Shown: positions 48,621 to 51,511 of the stretch, piece after piece
Layout of the letters: each line of letters starts with the position of its first letter
Numbering within the stretch: position 1 is the first letter of the stretch
Assembly (NCBI GenBank): GCA_963639425.1
Contig: CAVHVD010000048.1
Span: 1-51,511, forward strand
DNA length: 51,511 nucleotides
Direction of reading: 5' to 3'
DNA from: Faecalibacterium prausnitzii
GTDB lineage: Bacteria; Bacteroidota; Bacteroidia; Bacteroidales; Bacteroidaceae
Notes under the pieces: model-generated
Database searches by the model: none
The model's input: the letters and a program-made list of their open reading frames with translations, nothing else
Told to the model about the DNA's origin: nothing
Translations under genes and position numbers: made by a program

Positions 48621-48652
48621 GGTTGCACCGCGACAGCGGTGCAACCCCTTTT
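48621..48652 (+). terminator. Intrinsic terminator after fumarase (possibly bidirectional)
   Basis: GGTTGCACCGC-gaca-GCGGTGCAACC then CCTTTT, with an A-rich 5' side. Confidence 0.8.
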
Positions 48653-48772
48653 CGTATATACGCACCTCCCCAATAGCGCGCATCACTTGAGACATTCATA
48701 CGTATGATTTGAGACAATGATACGTATTATCGGGCGTGGCGGTGTGGCAGGACGGGCTGCAGGTCTTGCTGA

Positions 48773-50224
48773 CTACCGGTGCCGGATGCGCCGTATGCCC
48801 ATGACAACGCCGGTCAGCGAAAGGGCTATGCCGCCAATCATCAGTATCCATATTGCGGCGATGCGCAGGGTGGGATGCTGGGTGAAGTAGTGGCTGTTGA
48901 AGCAGTGGAGCACGCCGTAGGCTATGGAGCGCAGGCGTGTGTTGCTGTTGTAGTATCTCGCTGTTCCGTCGACGGGGTTCAGGTAGTAGACGCTACGGTC
49001 TGCGTCGTCCACGGCAATCTTCCAGACCGGCAGCGGCGGGCGGCGTTCCTCGCGGAAGCTGACATAGTATTTGTCGTACTCGGTCTGCCACGTCACCTCG
49101 CATGCTACGTGCTTGCCGAAGTCGTCTGCCACGATGTCGCGGCACGTCTCGCGGTCTATCGTGAACGGTGCTCCGCTCCGTGCGTCGACCAGCAGCGTGG
49201 TGCCGTCGGCACAGCCTTCGACGCGATACACCGGCTTGCGCCCCACGAGCGTCCACGTCAGCCTCTTCGCTCCCGTCCGCGCAATGATGTCGCGGTAGTC
49301 TGTGGTGAAGTCTCCGATGCTGATGTTTGCAGAGCCTTTTATGTCTGTCTGCACGTCGCGCTTCTCCGTCACGGGAACCAGCCATTGCGGTACGTGGCGC
49401 ACGGACATGAAGCCGCTGAAGACGTATGTCAATGCGAACAGCCCGAACACGAGTCCAAGGACATGGTGCCAGCGGAACAGTGGCTTACCATACGGTGTCA
49501 ATCCTTTCCTATGGCGGCGGGCAATGATGGTGGCTCTGATGCCGACATACAGCCCGCTCAGCGTCGCAAAGATGCCGATGCCGGACACCCACGCGACGAC
49601 ATCGCGCCACAGCGCAGAGCCGTTCTCACGCAGCCACGTGATGTATATCCAGTGCGGTATCGCGCCGACCCATGCCCAGAAACGCGACTCGCCGGTGGTG
49701 TACTGCACCACATCGCCCGTGCGCGAAGACAGGTATATCTCGGCCTTGTCCGTGCCGCTGAATCCATACTTCAGCACCGGCCACTCCCGATGCGGATAGG
49801 CGTAGATCAGCCACAGGTCGATGCTGTTCAGGCTGTCGAGTAGCGTGATGTCGCCGTCGTGCCATGCCGCGGCTACCTGCCTGAGCTGCCGGTCGCTGAA
49901 CCGTGGCACGCGAAGTCCTGTCTGTGCGTCGAGCAGTTCCTCATTGCCGTTGCAGTCGGTCAGCTTCACCGTGTAGACACCGGCTCGCCATTGCAACACC
50001 GCCGAAGCTATGGAGTCGCGGTGCATGCGTGCTCCGCCGACGATGTCTGCCATCGGCCGCAGTGCCACGGTGTCCAGTGGCTGTGCGTGTTCCAGCAGAT
50101 CCTTGTCGTGCATGTACGGGAAGTAATGGTAGACCAGCACAAGCCCTGACACGAACCACATCAGAAACAGAATGCTGAGGAATGTCCCCAGCACTCTGTG
50201 AAATTTGATGATGAACCTGTTCAT
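48773..50224 (-). CDS. PepSY-associated TM helix domain protein (iron-uptake associated)
   Basis: FHRVLG...WFVSG, HWIY, RWHHVLG and LHCF His motifs; downstream of a TonB receptor. Confidence 0.85.
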   Translation of the reverse strand: MNRFIIKFHRVLGTFLSILFLMWFVSGLVLVYHYFPYMHDKDLLEHAQPLDTVALRPMADIVGGARMHRDSIASAVLQWRAGVYTVKLTDCNGNEELLDAQTGLRVPRFSDRQLRQVAAAWHDGDITLLDSLNSIDLWLIYAYPHREWPVLKYGFSGTDKAEIYLSSRTGDVVQYTTGESRFWAWVGAIPHWIYITWLRENGSALWRDVVAWVSGIGIFATLSGLYVGIRATIIARRHRKGLTPYGKPLFRWHHVLGLVFGLFALTYVFSGFMSVRHVPQWLVPVTEKRDVQTDIKGSANISIGDFTTDYRDIIARTGAKRLTWTLVGRKPVYRVEGCADGTTLLVDARSGAPFTIDRETCRDIVADDFGKHVACEVTWQTEYDKYYVSFREERRPPLPVWKIAVDDADRSVYYLNPVDGTARYYNSNTRLRSIAYGVLHCFNSHYFTQHPTLRIAAIWILMIGGIALSLTGVVMGIRRIRHR

Positions 50225-50245
50225 ACGTAGTCCATTGATGCTCTC

Positions 50246-51511
50246 TTACAGGGCAAACGTGGCCGTGAACTGGAAGTTGCGTCCCTGCTCGGGGATGTAT
50301 CCCGTGGTGCTTACAGCCGTGGTGTAGTATGTCTTGTCGAAGACGTTGTTCACGTTGAGCTGTAGCTTCCAGTTGTCGAAGCGATAGCTTGCCATCACGT
50401 TTGCTATGGCGTATGCGCCGAAGCTCATGGTGTTGGCGGCATTGACATAGGTCTTGCTGCTGCTGTTGAAGCCCACGCCGACCTTCAGTCCGTCAAGTGC
50501 GTTGTTGCTGAACTCGTAGAATGTCCAGCCGTAGGCCATGTGCTTGGGTGCGCCTGTCAGATAGTTGCCTGCCTGTGTGTTGCCGGCATAGTCGTTCTTC
50601 GCGTACTCCTTGACCTTGGCCTCGGTGAATGTGTAGCCTGCATCGATGGTCCATCCGAACACCGGCTCGGCGAGGATGTCCACCTCAAAGCCTTTCGAGT
50701 CGGCCTTACCCACCTGACCGCTGACGTTGGTGCCGTCCGCCGTCTTGCCGAGGCTCTGTATCATGTTGTTCTTCAGGATATAGAACGCAGCCACGTTTGC
50801 GCTGAAGCGCGAGCTGAATCCCATGTGCGAGCCGACCTCATACTGATAGCCGCGGATGGGGTCGAACACGTTCGTACCTTTGGGCTTGATCTGCTTGCCG
50901 TCACTGCCGATGTAGATGTATCCGTCTGCTGCCGAGGTACGCGACGGCTTGAAGAAGTTGCTGGTCGACGCGTAGATGTTGAAGTCCTTGGTGAACTGAT
51001 AGAGCAGGCTGAAGCGATAGGTCAGTGCGTTGTCGTGCATGTGTGTCTTCTTGCCGTAGACCTCCACTGTCTTGCCGTCGGTGTCGTTCTCGCGATAGGT
51101 ACGGTCAAAGCGGTCGTAGCGGAGGCTCACGAGAGCCGCGAGCTTGTCGGTCAGGTGCAGGTAGTCACCCACGTAGATGCCGTGCGTGTACTCCCAGAGC
51201 TGGAGCTTCTTGCTGTAGGGGTGGGACACGTAGCCCTGGTTGAGAATAGGGTTCACGGCATCGACAACGGAGTTCACGCCACTGCCGGTGTAGTCACGGC
51301 TGTAGTTGCGATAGCGCGGTGCGTACATCCCGCTGAAGTTGTATCCGAAGAGCAGGTCATGCTTCACGCTGCCGGTCTTCACCGTTCCTTTCAGCTCCAG
51401 CTGGTTCTGGAACAGGTTGACCTGATAGGCGAAGTTGAACCCGCCACGCCGTATGTGATTGATGTCGATATATGTCTTGGTGTCGCCGTTCATGTAGTAA
51501 TGGTCGTAGAC
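50246..51511 (-). CDS. TonB-dependent siderophore-type receptor, C-terminal part (5' end outside the window)
   Basis: Open frame to the window edge; QLNVNNVFDKTY...GRNFQFTATFAL C-terminal signature. Confidence 0.88.
   Translation of the reverse strand, partial: VYDHYYMNGDTKTYIDINHIRRGGFNFAYQVNLFQNQLELKGTVKTGSVKHDLLFGYNFSGMYAPRYRNYSRDYTGSGVNSVVDAVNPILNQGYVSHPYSKKLQLWEYTHGIYVGDYLHLTDKLAALVSLRYDRFDRTYRENDTDGKTVEVYGKKTHMHDNALTYRFSLLYQFTKDFNIYASTSNFFKPSRTSAADGYIYIGSDGKQIKPKGTNVFDPIRGYQYEVGSHMGFSSRFSANVAAFYILKNNMIQSLGKTADGTNVSGQVGKADSKGFEVDILAEPVFGWTIDAGYTFTEAKVKEYAKNDYAGNTQAGNYLTGAPKHMAYGWTFYEFSNNALDGLKVGVGFNSSSKTYVNAANTMSFGAYAIANVMASYRFDNWKLQLNVNNVFDKTYYTTAVSTTGYIPEQGRNFQFTATFAL

Noticed and set aside
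1..51511. Prophage, IS, integrase, tRNA or rRNA
   Set aside because: No recognisable transposase, recombinase, phage protein or structural RNA signature by eye; covariance-model scans were not run.

Overview
A gene-dense chromosomal segment of a Bacteroidales organism, probably Prevotellaceae-like, judged from TAnnTTTG -7 promoter boxes, A-rich translation starts and gene content. It has about 33 protein genes. Housekeeping genes: frr (partial), pyrH, a purF-like gene, pncC/cinA, rpsP, hflX, class I fumarase and ugd-gmd-fcl. Accessory units: a TolC/MacAB efflux operon with a LytS/LytTR two-component system, three TonB-dependent/OM barrel receptors, a secreted esterase-GH78-esterase operon, and a membrane polyferredoxin followed by two Tat-lipoprotein aldo/keto reductases with Fe-S domains. 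I saw no rRNA, tRNA, CRISPR array, transposase or integrase. The main unexplained signal is non-coding: a modular family of intergenic arrays of palindromic units with strict 22- or 23-bp period (about 7.9-8.3, 25.05-25.3, 36.0-36.24 and 42.3-43.05 kb). Their central dinucleotides or cores flip orientation between homologous copies, and they are nested with REP/MITE-like hairpins. Other notable items are an unannotated 48-aa ORF with its own promoter, 5' hairpin and Shine-Dalgarno sequence; a PurF lacking Cys1; a G1P-dehydrogenase homologue with altered metal-ligand motifs; and a His-tailed receptor with a palindromic operator. All calls come from reading the sequence; no database searches were run.
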